Source: Terriglobia bacterium (GTDB taxonomy: Bacteria; Acidobacteriota; Terriglobia; 2-12-FULL-54-10). From it: a stretch of DNA of 64,000 nt. Position numbers and translations under genes: made by a program. Where the stretch lies: assembly GCA_963666975.2 (NCBI GenBank), contig CAXVYR010000004.1:768001-832000 (forward strand). The letters run 5' to 3'. Of the stretch, positions 30,840-39,037 are shown in pieces. Below the pieces are notes generated by a model. The model worked only from the letters and a program-made list of their open reading frames with translations. It did no database searches and had not been told where the DNA came from. The number at the start of each line of letters is the position of its first letter. Within the stretch, counting starts at the first letter, position 1.

Positions 30840-31588
30840 CCGCCGCTCACTTCCTGCAATTCGCGCTCGTCAAAATCAAAATTGGAGTAGACGTGCTGCA
30901 CGTCTTCGTGCTCTTCCAACGCCTCCACCATCCGGAGCATCTGCTGCGCCTCTTTTCCCGCCAGCTTCACAACAGTTTGGGGCAGCATGGTGACTTCGGC
31001 GGAGGAAACTTCGATCTTGGATTCTTTCAAGGACTGCACCACGAGGTCCAGAGCCGCCGGCGGGCAAACAATTTCCCAATGCTCCCCGTCGTCGCGTAAA
31101 TCCTCGGCTCCGGCGTCCAGCACCGTGTTCATCAATTGCTCTTCGGTGGCGCTGGGCTTGGGCACCGTGACCGAACCCCTCTTGCTGAACATCCAGGCGA
31201 CGCATCCCGCCTCGCCGAGGTTGCCGCCGTTGCGGCCAAACATGTGGCGGATTTCCGAGACGGTCCTGTTGCGATTGTCCGTGGCGACCTCGACGATGAT
31301 GGCCACCCCGTGACATCCGTAGCCCTCATAGGTGATCTCTTCGTAGGTGACGCCCGGCAACTCGCCCGTGCCGCGTTGGATGGCCTTTTTGATGTTGTCG
31401 CCCGGCATATTTTCCGCCTTGGCGGCGGTCACCGCCGTGCGCAGCCGGGGATTGCCTTCCGGGTCGCCGCCGCCCGCGCGCGCAGCTACGGTAACTTCCT
31501 TAATCAGGCGGGTGAAGGCCTTGCCCCGCCGGGAGTCGGTGATCGCTTTCTTGTGCTTGATCGAAGCCCATTTGGAATGGCCAGACAT
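30836..31588 (-). CDS. yebC: YebC/PmpR family protein
   Basis: MSGHSKWASIKHKK, GGGDPEGNPRLR, EEITYEGYG, DVQHVYSN. Confidence 0.97.
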   Translation of the reverse strand: MSGHSKWASIKHKKAITDSRRGKAFTRLIKEVTVAARAGGGDPEGNPRLRTAVTAAKAENMPGDNIKKAIQRGTGELPGVTYEEITYEGYGCHGVAIIVEVATDNRNRTVSEIRHMFGRNGGNLGEAGCVAWMFSKRGSVTVPKPSATEEQLMNTVLDAGAEDLRDDGEHWEIVCPPAALDLVVQSLKESKIEVSSAEVTMLPQTVVKLAGKEAQQMLRMVEALEEHEDVQHVYSNFDFDERELQEVSGG

Positions 31589-31769
31589 CAGTTCCTCACT
31601 CGCTAAAGGGCATCATCCCTTGAGTCAATCTCGACCTCTGCCGGAAGGCTTCCCAGGAAGGGGATGAGTCCCAATAAGTCCTGGAAAATCCTAACATATG
31701 CGTTTCTCTGGAGGCAAGTTGCAGAGGGGCGGGAGTGTGGGTCAGTTGGAAGCAGAAGAGGCCTTATCA

Positions 31770-31942
31770 TGCGAACTGATCCACACCGCAATCGTGGGGG
31801 TGCCTGTAATCAGAGCCGCGCCTGTCCCGAGCCATGCCCCGAGCGGAGTCGAGGGGGCAGTCGAGGGAACAGCAATGGCGCGGTTTCGTAGCCACCGCCC
31901 GCCATGGCGGTTTAGGCGGGCCGGCCTGAACTAGAGTTGGGC
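31770..31942 (+). repeat. ~170-bp direct repeat, copy 1, ending in GTTGGGC (attI-like block with nested REPs)
   Basis: Nearly identical to 33082..33251; each copy ends at a GTTRRRY directly before a cassette-like gene. Confidence 0.8.
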
Positions 31943-31992
31943 ACACTTTTCAAGGGCTTCCGGCTTACAGTTGCGGTAACCTAAGGAGTGAG

Positions 31993-32220
31993 ATGACTGT
32001 GCCAAAACATCTTGTTACACGTTCGGATGAGGTGATGAGCGGCGCCGTCGTGTTTGCGGGCACTCGGGTGCCGGTGCAAACGCTTCTCGACTACCTCGAA
32101 GAAGGGGATACGCTCGATCATTTCTTGGAGGACTTTCCGACGGTGAGTCGCGAGCACGCGGTCGCTGTTCTGGAGTTGGCCAAGGAATCGGTATTCACGC
32201 ATGCGGGTTCTTCTGGATGA
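31993..32220 (+). CDS. DUF433 antitoxin
   Basis: EVMSGAVVFAGTRVPVQTLLDYLEEGDTLDHFLEDFPTV. Confidence 0.92.
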   Translation: MTVPKHLVTRSDEVMSGAVVFAGTRVPVQTLLDYLEEGDTLDHFLEDFPTVSREHAVAVLELAKESVFTHAGSSG

Positions 32221-32330
32221 GCGTGTCCCGCGCCGGTTACGCCGGGAGTTCCCACGGCACGAGGTTCGAACGGTTCCAGAGGCGGGGTGGTCCTCGTTGA
32301 AGAATGGCGATCTTCTCGCCGCCGCCTCCG
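32201..32330 (+). pseudogene. DUF5615 PIN-like toxin, truncated
   Basis: MRVLLDERVPRRL...HEVRTV..AGWSSLKNGDLLAAA, after which homology stops at attC-like sequence; the FLTTD region is missing. Confidence 0.8.
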
Positions 32331-32414
32331 GCACTGACGCGCGTGCAGTGGTTCCCTCGGCTCGCAAAGAACGCTCGCCTCAGCGTTGGTCATCGCCCAG
32401 TCCGTTAGACGCCA
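32330..32414 (+). other. Partial attC recombination site ending in core GTTAGAC
   Basis: CACTGACGCGCGTGCAGTGG arm sequences and GTTRRRY at 32404-32410. Confidence 0.6.
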
Positions 32415-32452
32415 CCCTTGCCCAAGCAAGGCTGCTAAGATAGGCTTTTGTC

Positions 32453-32665
32453 ATGAACGAATCCGTGATTACAAACTCTCCACAAGTGATGGGAGGTGCT
32501 CCTGTCTTTGCCAACACGCGGGTTCCTGTGCAAACGCTTTTCGACTATCTCGAAGCGGGTGACACAATCGACGAATTTCTTGAGGGCTTCCCAACCGTTT
32601 CTAGAGAGCAAGTGATTGCCTTTCTTGAGGAAGCCAAGACCCGGATGCTGACCGAGGCCCGGTGA
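32453..32665 (+). CDS. DUF433 antitoxin
   Basis: PQVMGGAPVFANTRVPVQTLFDYLEAGDTIDEFLEGFPTV. Confidence 0.92.
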   Translation: MNESVITNSPQVMGGAPVFANTRVPVQTLFDYLEAGDTIDEFLEGFPTVSREQVIAFLEEAKTRMLTEAR

Positions 32666-32982
32666 GAGTGCTCCTGGACGAATGCGTCGATCATCGCTTG
32701 GCGCGGGACCTGGCGAACCATGAAGTGAGCACGGTGGCTCGAATGGGTTGGCGAGGCAAGGAGAATGGAGAGCTTCTTGGTCTGGCTGCAACGCAATTCG
32801 ACGTTTTCCTGACGACTGACCGCAATCTTTCGTTTCAGCAGAATGTGGAGCACTTCGACTTGGCTGTAATTGTGTTAAACACGCGCAGTAACCGCCTCAG
32901 CGATCTTCGCCGTTTGGTACCCGAGTTACTTAAGGTCTTACCATTCGTGCAGCGTGGCCAGACCCGACACGTTGGCGTCTAA
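32662..32982 (+). CDS. DUF5615 family PIN-like toxin
   Basis: MRVLLDECV, GWRGKENGELL, FDVFLTTDRNLSFQQN; overlaps the antitoxin by GTGA; stop codon lies inside GTCTAAC. Confidence 0.9.
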   Translation: MRVLLDECVDHRLARDLANHEVSTVARMGWRGKENGELLGLAATQFDVFLTTDRNLSFQQNVEHFDLAVIVLNTRSNRLSDLRRLVPELLKVLPFVQRGQTRHVGV

Positions 32983-32996
32983 CACGGCGTTGCAGC
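32973..32996 (+). other. attC left arm (R'' GTCTAAC, truncated)
   Basis: TGGCGTCTAAC is the exact reverse complement of GTTAGACGCCA at the cassette start; it is followed by ACGGCGTTGCAGC. Confidence 0.65.
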
Positions 32997-33000
32997 AAGT

Positions 33001-33045
33001 CCACTCTTTCTGGAAGGTGCTCTTGTAGAGGAAGCGCAGGGCGGC
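33001..33045 (-). pseudogene. Tyrosine-recombinase N-terminal (SAM-like) domain scar
   Basis: The minus strand reads AALRFLYKSTFQKEW, resembling the ALRFLY..TL...W motif of integrase N-terminal domains. It is very short. Confidence 0.45.
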
Positions 33046-33081
33046 GAAGCCGGCTCGCGACTGAGCGCCGGGGCCTTAGCG

Positions 33082-33251
33082 TGCGAACTGATCCACACCG
33101 CGCGTGGGGGTGCCTGTAATCAGAGCCGCGCCTGTCCCGAGCCATGCCCCGAGCGGAGTCGAGGGGGCAGTCGAGGGAACAGTAATGGAGCGGTTTCGTA
33201 GCCACCGCCCGCCACGGCGGTTTAGGCGGGTCGGCCAAGCAAGAGTTAGGC
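33082..33251 (+). repeat. ~170-bp direct repeat, copy 2, ending in GTTAGGC
   Basis: Nearly identical to 31770..31942. Confidence 0.8.
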
Positions 33252-33276
33252 GACCAAGAATCCGGGAGGCCTTGCA

Positions 33277-33804
33277 ATGGGTATCCACTATGAAAACTTA
33301 GACGAGACGACCCGAAAGTACATGCTTGACGAATCGCATCTCGGCGGGCATTACATCAGCCCACGTCTTACAGAGCAAGGCCAAACCTCATGGCAAGCTC
33401 TACTTGAAGAAGCCATCCTCACGCACAACGATGATTGGCTTACCGAGGAACTTCTTCGGCGAGGATTCGTCCGTTCCCAAGAGCCCTACACGCGTTCTGG
33501 GGTCACCCGCGAACGTAGAGTAAACCAACCGCACGCGGCGCAGCAACGCGCCGAAGGCGAGTTCAACCGGTACTATCTCCGGGGGCTATGCATGCGTGCG
33601 AAAGAATCGGGCGTCACGACTCTTGTGATCTACCGCGGCAAGCAGGTCAGCCAGCCACGTCCAGAATCCGAAGCCAAGATCGGTTCGCATATTGCTCGCG
33701 ACCTCCTTCTTGACACGCTTCGCACGAACGACTTTGTAACGATCGAAGATGCGATAGGTGTTCCCGGTGGTCCTAACTCCGGATTGACTGCCCGCTTGCC
33801 GTAG
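33277..33804 (+). CDS. Hypothetical protein carried in a cassette
   Basis: GGAGG RBS; 175 aa; bounded by GTTAGGCGAC (33245) and GTCGTCTAAC (33806-33815). Confidence 0.8.
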   Translation: MGIHYENLDETTRKYMLDESHLGGHYISPRLTEQGQTSWQALLEEAILTHNDDWLTEELLRRGFVRSQEPYTRSGVTRERRVNQPHAAQQRAEGEFNRYYLRGLCMRAKESGVTTLVIYRGKQVSQPRPESEAKIGSHIARDLLLDTLRTNDFVTIEDAIGVPGGPNSGLTARLP

Positions 33805-33805
33805 A

Positions 33806-33828
33806 GTCGTCTAACCAACCGCTGCAGG
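33806..33828 (+). other. attC left arm (R'' GTCTAAC, truncated)
   Basis: GTCGTCTAAC-CAACCGCTGCAG; 9/10 complementary to the cassette start. Confidence 0.6.
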
Positions 33829-33838
33829 GCGTGGACCT

Positions 33839-33960
33839 ATGAGGTTAGAAGACGTTCCCGGTCGAGTCTTTCTGGACAGCTGCGTCGTGAACTTCATTCT
33901 CGACTATGGCGAACAGATTCACGACGGCGTTTCGCCTACGTCGGGTCTCGGCGACAGGGC
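33839..33960 (+). pseudogene. Truncated ORF with PIN-like start (RVFLDSCVVNF), cut by a REP
   Basis: Ends at the GCGCGCGGCTCGG REP near 33960, overlapping the 3' end of the glycosyltransferase. Confidence 0.4.
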
Positions 33961-36479
33961 GCGCGCGGCTCGGAATCGGTTTTGGAGGCCACCAATTCAC
34001 AATAGACCTGATCGAGCTTCCGGCCGACAACCTGCCAATCGTAGACGGTTTCCACCAGCCGGTGCGCCTGCGCCGCCATGGCAGCGGCAGCTTCCGAGTG
34101 CTCCAGCAGATGCAGCGTTGCGGCGGCGAATTCCTCCGGCGAGTCGGCCAGCATAATATCGGCGCCATGCGTCGCCCCGAGCCCCTCCGCTCCGATGGAG
34201 GTGGAGACTACGGGGATGCCGCTCGAGAACGCTTCCAATATCTTCACACGAATCCCGGCCCCTACCAGGATGGGACAAACGAAGACGGCGTGCTGGGAGA
34301 GCGGCTCGCGAACGTCGGGGACCTTTCCCAGCAAGCGAATTCCTTCTCCCAAAAACATCCGCTCGATCTCCGGCAGCGCCTGAGCCCCCACTGCGTTGAG
34401 GGTCGCCTGCGGCCGGCGCGCGCGGATGAGCGGCAGAACCTTGCGGCAGAAATACTTCAGCCCCTCGACGTTGGGCGTATGCTGAAAGTTTCCGACAAAC
34501 AAAAGGGAGTCGGGCTTTCGGGGGCCGCCGGGATACGGATAGTTGGATACATCAATGCCGGTACGCAAGCCGGAGATGATCTGTGGCCGCCTGCCGTTGA
34601 GGAACGACTCCAGAAGCCGCCGTTCCTCGTCGTGGCAGGTGAAGACGGCGTCAAACTTCCCAGCCGCTTCCACCTCAAAGCGCATGGCGCGCAGCCACTC
34701 CAGAAATTCCCGTGCCTTGACCAGCGGCCCGTCCTTCCGGGTCAGCAATTCCCGCCGGACCGCCTGAAAATAGACGTTATGCTCGAACAGACACTGGCTC
34801 GTATGCTCCAGCGGCAGGTGATATTGGGCCATCTGTGTATATTCGAACTGGATGAGGTCAATGTCGTACAGGAAAACCATCTTTTCGAGCATCTCGGTGA
34901 ATCGAGGGTCCTGAAACGCCATCTCCGCTTGCGAGTGGATACTGAAACGGCGTCGCGGCGGCTGCCGCCGCACGATGGTTTCCACCTTCCGCGCCGTCCC
35001 TTCAAGAGAGCGGTTGGATTCCACTTCCTCCTCGCTATCGACGAAAGTGAGCACGTAGAAGTTGTGCCGCCGGGCCAGTTGCTGAATGGCTTGCAGCATG
35101 AGAACTGCGCCGCCGTGCAAGGGAGGGTAAATGGAGTAGGGAGAGACGAAAAGGATGTTCAGCGGCCTGCCCGGGGAAGGCGGGGATTCTTTTGCGGGAG
35201 CGTTGGTTTCTCCGAAGCGTTCACCAGAATGTTTGTCAGGGCCGGCAGAACCGTCCTGCGGTTTCCCGGTTTTCGGGGTTGCCGGCCGGGGAGTGAAGAC
35301 GTCGCGGAAAACCGCGGGCCGGTTGCGCTGGAAAACAGCCCTGTCGTCCACGCGGGCGCGGGACAGCGCGCGGCTGCGGGACCGCAAGGCTCCAGGCACG
35401 TTCCGGAGCGCCAGCAAGAAGGCTCCGATCGAAGTCCGTGTTTCGCTCTCCCAGCCCAGGCTGTGCAAGATCATCTGGCCATATAGATAAAAGAAATGCG
35501 CCGCCAGCCACCGCCAGCGGTGGATGTTCTTCCAGACCATCAGCACATAATTTTTTTGCAAATAGATGCGGATGGCCTCCGGAGAGAAATGCTTGCCGAT
35601 GGTTCCGCGATGCTCGTGATAAAGGTGGCTGCCCGGCTGGTAGAGAATTTTCCATCCTCTCCGCCATGCGCCGTAGGAGAGATCGGTGTCTTCCAGGTAG
35701 AAAGGCTCAAAGAGCGGGTCAAACCCGCCCATCTCCAGAAATTTTTCCCGGTCATAGGCTGTGGAGCCGCCTCCGGCGTAGAGGGCAGGAAAAGGCACTG
35801 TAATGCTTTCGTCGATTTTATGGCTGACTCGCAGAAAGCCTTTCTCAAATTTTCCCACGGTCAAGCCTGTCTCCTCGCGCCGCCTGTGGGGATCGGAGAA
35901 AAAGATCTGAGCCGAAACGGCGAAGACGGACTCGTCGGTGAAACCTTCGAGCAGAGAAGACAGGAAGCGGGGTGTCGCCCGCATGTCATTGTTGAGCAGG
36001 ACAACGATCCGGTGGTGCGCCGCCCGGACGCCGGCGTTGGAGCCGCCCCCGAAACCCAGGTTGCGCTCCATTTGCAGCACGCGCACCTGCGGGAAGTGGA
36101 GGCGGAGAAACTCCGCGCTGCCGTCGGTGCTGGCATTGTCCACCACGATTACCTCGTCCCCGGCCGTGCAGGCTTCGACAACGCTCGGAAGATATTTTTC
36201 GAGCAGCTCTCTGCCGTTCCAGTTGGGGATGACAAGGCTGGCATTCCGCGGGGGCTGGAAGGACAGGCCGGCGGGCAGTGAGTCCTTGTTTTCTTCTGCG
36301 TTTTTCCCGGCGCTTTCTGCCGCTGGGGAGGGATTCGATAGCTGCTCAGGCGATATGCTGCGGAACAGGGCCTTCAGGCGGGAGGGCAGATCGCTGCACA
36401 GCAAGGCCACAGCCACCAGGGCCATGATCCCTGGGGTCATGCAGAGAAAAACTGCTTTTCCAATTTTTCTAATCATCAA
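33936..36479 (-). CDS. Bifunctional GT2 + GT4 glycosyltransferase with N-terminal membrane anchor
   Basis: SLVIPNWNG, VVDNASTDGS, LLNND, FYLEDTDLS (GT2); LFVGNFQHTPN, GIRVKILEAFSSGIPVVST (GT4). Confidence 0.92.
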   Translation of the reverse strand: MMIRKIGKAVFLCMTPGIMALVAVALLCSDLPSRLKALFRSISPEQLSNPSPAAESAGKNAEENKDSLPAGLSFQPPRNASLVIPNWNGRELLEKYLPSVVEACTAGDEVIVVDNASTDGSAEFLRLHFPQVRVLQMERNLGFGGGSNAGVRAAHHRIVVLLNNDMRATPRFLSSLLEGFTDESVFAVSAQIFFSDPHRRREETGLTVGKFEKGFLRVSHKIDESITVPFPALYAGGGSTAYDREKFLEMGGFDPLFEPFYLEDTDLSYGAWRRGWKILYQPGSHLYHEHRGTIGKHFSPEAIRIYLQKNYVLMVWKNIHRWRWLAAHFFYLYGQMILHSLGWESETRTSIGAFLLALRNVPGALRSRSRALSRARVDDRAVFQRNRPAVFRDVFTPRPATPKTGKPQDGSAGPDKHSGERFGETNAPAKESPPSPGRPLNILFVSPYSIYPPLHGGAVLMLQAIQQLARRHNFYVLTFVDSEEEVESNRSLEGTARKVETIVRRQPPRRRFSIHSQAEMAFQDPRFTEMLEKMVFLYDIDLIQFEYTQMAQYHLPLEHTSQCLFEHNVYFQAVRRELLTRKDGPLVKAREFLEWLRAMRFEVEAAGKFDAVFTCHDEERRLLESFLNGRRPQIISGLRTGIDVSNYPYPGGPRKPDSLLFVGNFQHTPNVEGLKYFCRKVLPLIRARRPQATLNAVGAQALPEIERMFLGEGIRLLGKVPDVREPLSQHAVFVCPILVGAGIRVKILEAFSSGIPVVSTSIGAEGLGATHGADIMLADSPEEFAAATLHLLEHSEAAAAMAAQAHRLVETVYDWQVVGRKLDQVYCELVASKTDSEPRAPCRRDPT

Positions 36480-36503
36480 TAATTTGCAAGCGTCAGGCGT
36501 CAG

Positions 36504-37724
36504 TCATGCATCATCCGGCTTGACCGCCTGTGGCGGTTTTTGGTCGGAGGCGGGGATCGGACTCAACCGCAGGTTCTTGCCGATGCGGTACCACAAAGAG
36601 CCGTACAAAAGCCGGAGTTCCTCCCGGCGTTGCTCCAGCTCCTTATTTAAATTCAAGGCCCAAGCCGTGCGTTCCTCGAATTCTTGCTGGAGTTTCTGGA
36701 GCGCCGCTCGAGCCTGTTCCACCTCTTGCTGGAGACTCAACGCCCACTGCACCTTGCTGTGATGGTCAGCCTGCAACTGGACGATGTAATCGGCTTTTAC
36801 GGAAAGCTGCCGGTCCAGCTCGCGGGCCCACTGGGTGCGTTCCTCAAGCAACTGCTCCAACTTTTGCGCTTGCTGCTGAGCCTCGCCCACTTGTGTCCTT
36901 GCTTGAGCTAGATGCTCCTGCAGGAGATGGATGTGAATTTCCCTTTCGCGCAGTACGTTGCCCGTGGAGGGCAAGTACAGCAGGGGGCGAGTTGGGTCCA
37001 ATGGGCGGCTGGAGCAGAGCGCGACAAAAAAGTGCGCTGCCTTTTCCCTCTTTTCTTTTCTCTCTTTGCTGCCGGCTACAGAGTCCTTTTCCTCTTCTGC
37101 TTCTGCTTCCTCTTCCGCCTGGAGAATGGAATCTGCGGAGTGCTCCTGGAAGTTCGCTTCCGCATCCGGCCCGGACACCATCAGGCCGGCCACATGGTTC
37201 TCAAACAAAATGGCGCGGTGAGGGAAAAGCGGTTTCAGGGTTTCTTCCAACTCCGCAAAAGAGAACTCGCGAACGTGAAAGGGATTGACCTCGTCGCGCT
37301 CCTCGGTGTAATAGAGCCGGTTGGGGGTCGAGAGCACCAGCAATCCCGCCGGGTGAAGCACCCGCTGCAACTCGCTCAGGAAAGCCTCCGGGTCCTCCAG
37401 ATGCTCGATGATTTCAAAAGCAGTCACCAAATGAAATTGTCCGGAAGGGAAGGGAAGGGTCAGGCAGTTGGATTGAGCAAAATGGACCTTCGGCGATCCA
37501 TAATGGCGGCGGGCATGGCTTGCCGCCTCTGCGGAAAGGTCCACGCCAAATACCGCCGCGGCTTTTTCTCCCAGCAGGGCGGCTCCATATCCGGCGCCGC
37601 AAGCGACGTCCAGGACAGTTTTTCCCGCAGAGAATCTCTGCGCAAACAAGTACCGGGCGCGGTGCTCGTTGAGCAGGTCCGCATCCCCTTCTTCCGGGAT
37701 CACGCGTTCTCCAGTGAACTTCAC
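36504..37724 (-). CDS. SAM-dependent methyltransferase with C-terminal coiled coil (WbdD-like)
   Basis: FTGERVIP, EHRARY, VLDVACGAGYG, FEIIEHL, STPN; Q/E-rich heptads with EERTxWA repeats; GTG start overlaps the wzt stop. Confidence 0.9.
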   Translation of the reverse strand: MKFTGERVIPEEGDADLLNEHRARYLFAQRFSAGKTVLDVACGAGYGAALLGEKAAAVFGVDLSAEAASHARRHYGSPKVHFAQSNCLTLPFPSGQFHLVTAFEIIEHLEDPEAFLSELQRVLHPAGLLVLSTPNRLYYTEERDEVNPFHVREFSFAELEETLKPLFPHRAILFENHVAGLMVSGPDAEANFQEHSADSILQAEEEAEAEEEKDSVAGSKERKEKREKAAHFFVALCSSRPLDPTRPLLYLPSTGNVLREREIHIHLLQEHLAQARTQVGEAQQQAQKLEQLLEERTQWARELDRQLSVKADYIVQLQADHHSKVQWALSLQQEVEQARAALQKLQQEFEERTAWALNLNKELEQRREELRLLYGSLWYRIGKNLRLSPIPASDQKPPQAVKPDDA

Positions 37725-39037
37725 GGCAGGCTTCCTTCTACCTGGACGCGGCCTTTGGTGACGGCGTTGACATGGATCCGGCACGGGAAATGAAAATAAC
37801 CGTAGATATGGCGCCCCTTTTCGGCCTGCAAGGTGACGGCATTATCAATCCAGTCGCACACTTGGTAGTCTTCCAGCGTTCCGTTGGAGATGGCAGGCGT
37901 GAAGGAGAAGTGGGCCGGATAGAGCTCCGAGAGCTGGAAGTGGAAGTCGATGGTATACACATCACCGGGGTTCAGCGCCGGCAGGTCGGTCTCTTCAAGA
38001 GCTGTATTGCTTCCCGCCAGTTCCACTCCCAAATGGTTGCGGATCAGGATTCCAACGATCGGCAGGGCGACCTCTGCCTGCGCGCGCAGACTGAGGCGGA
38101 CGATGATGCCCTCCTTTTGCGGAAGCAAAGCCAGCGGCTCGCCATTCTCGTTGAGCACGGCAATGCCCAGAATTTCCGCGTCGCGGTTGCCGTACCGGTG
38201 GTCAATGTTTGGAATTTTTTCGACCACCTCCGGCGCGACTACCGGCGGCGGAGCGGGGACGTCTTCGCCGATGGCCTGCCGAGCCGACTCCTTCCGGTAG
38301 CGGGAGTCCTTGTTCACCATGGCGGCCATATATTTTGCGACGACCCGGTCGGGCTCTCCGCACTCGGCCAACTCGCCTCGGTCCAGCCAGGCCGTCTTCT
38401 GCGCCAGGCTTTTGATATCCGCCGGGCTGTGGGAGACGAAGATGATGGTCACGCCGCAGCGGTGCAGTTCATGGATCTTGCGCATGCACCGCTGGCGAAA
38501 GTAAATGTCCCCCACCGCCAGCGCTTCGTCCACCAGCAGGATGTCCGGCTCGACATTGATTGCCACGGCAAAGGCTAGGCGAACCATCATGCCGCTCGAA
38601 TACGTCTTCACCGGCTGGTGGATGAATTCGCCGATCTCGGCAAAGCCTTCGATGGCCGGGAAGAGCCGCTCGATCTCCTTGTTGCTCAGGCCCAGGATCG
38701 CTCCATTCAGGAAAACGTTTTCCCGCCCGGTGAATTCGCCGTTGAATCCAGATCCCAGCTCCAGCAGCGCGGAGACGCGTCCCTCCACCTCCACCGTGCC
38801 GGTCGTAGGCGTCAGAATGCCCGCGATCAACTGCAACAGGGTGCTCTTGCCGGAGCCGTTTTCCCCCACCACGCCGAACGTGGTGCCTTTCTCGATTTCC
38901 AGCGAGACGTCCCGCAAAGCCCAAAAATCGCGATGGAAGCAGCGCCGGTTGAAGCTCAGCAGTTCCTTGAGGCGGTCTGAGGGGTTCGCATAGATCGGGT
39001 AGCTTTTCGACAAGCCTCGGATGTGAACAGCCCCCAT
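37721..39037 (-). CDS. wzt: Polysaccharide ABC exporter ATP-binding protein with Wzt C-terminal domain
   Basis: GENGSGKST, YSSGMMVRLAFA, LLVDEALAVGD, and a C-terminal carbohydrate-binding-type extension. Confidence 0.93.
   Translation of the reverse strand: MGAVHIRGLSKSYPIYANPSDRLKELLSFNRRCFHRDFWALRDVSLEIEKGTTFGVVGENGSGKSTLLQLIAGILTPTTGTVEVEGRVSALLELGSGFNGEFTGRENVFLNGAILGLSNKEIERLFPAIEGFAEIGEFIHQPVKTYSSGMMVRLAFAVAINVEPDILLVDEALAVGDIYFRQRCMRKIHELHRCGVTIIFVSHSPADIKSLAQKTAWLDRGELAECGEPDRVVAKYMAAMVNKDSRYRKESARQAIGEDVPAPPPVVAPEVVEKIPNIDHRYGNRDAEILGIAVLNENGEPLALLPQKEGIIVRLSLRAQAEVALPIVGILIRNHLGVELAGSNTALEETDLPALNPGDVYTIDFHFQLSELYPAHFSFTPAISNGTLEDYQVCDWIDNAVTLQAEKGRHIYGYFHFPCRIHVNAVTKGRVQVEGSLP

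Noticed and set aside
33906-35486. 526-aa plus-strand ORF
   Set aside because: Antisense shadow of the GT2-GT4 gene, typical of high-GC codon bias.
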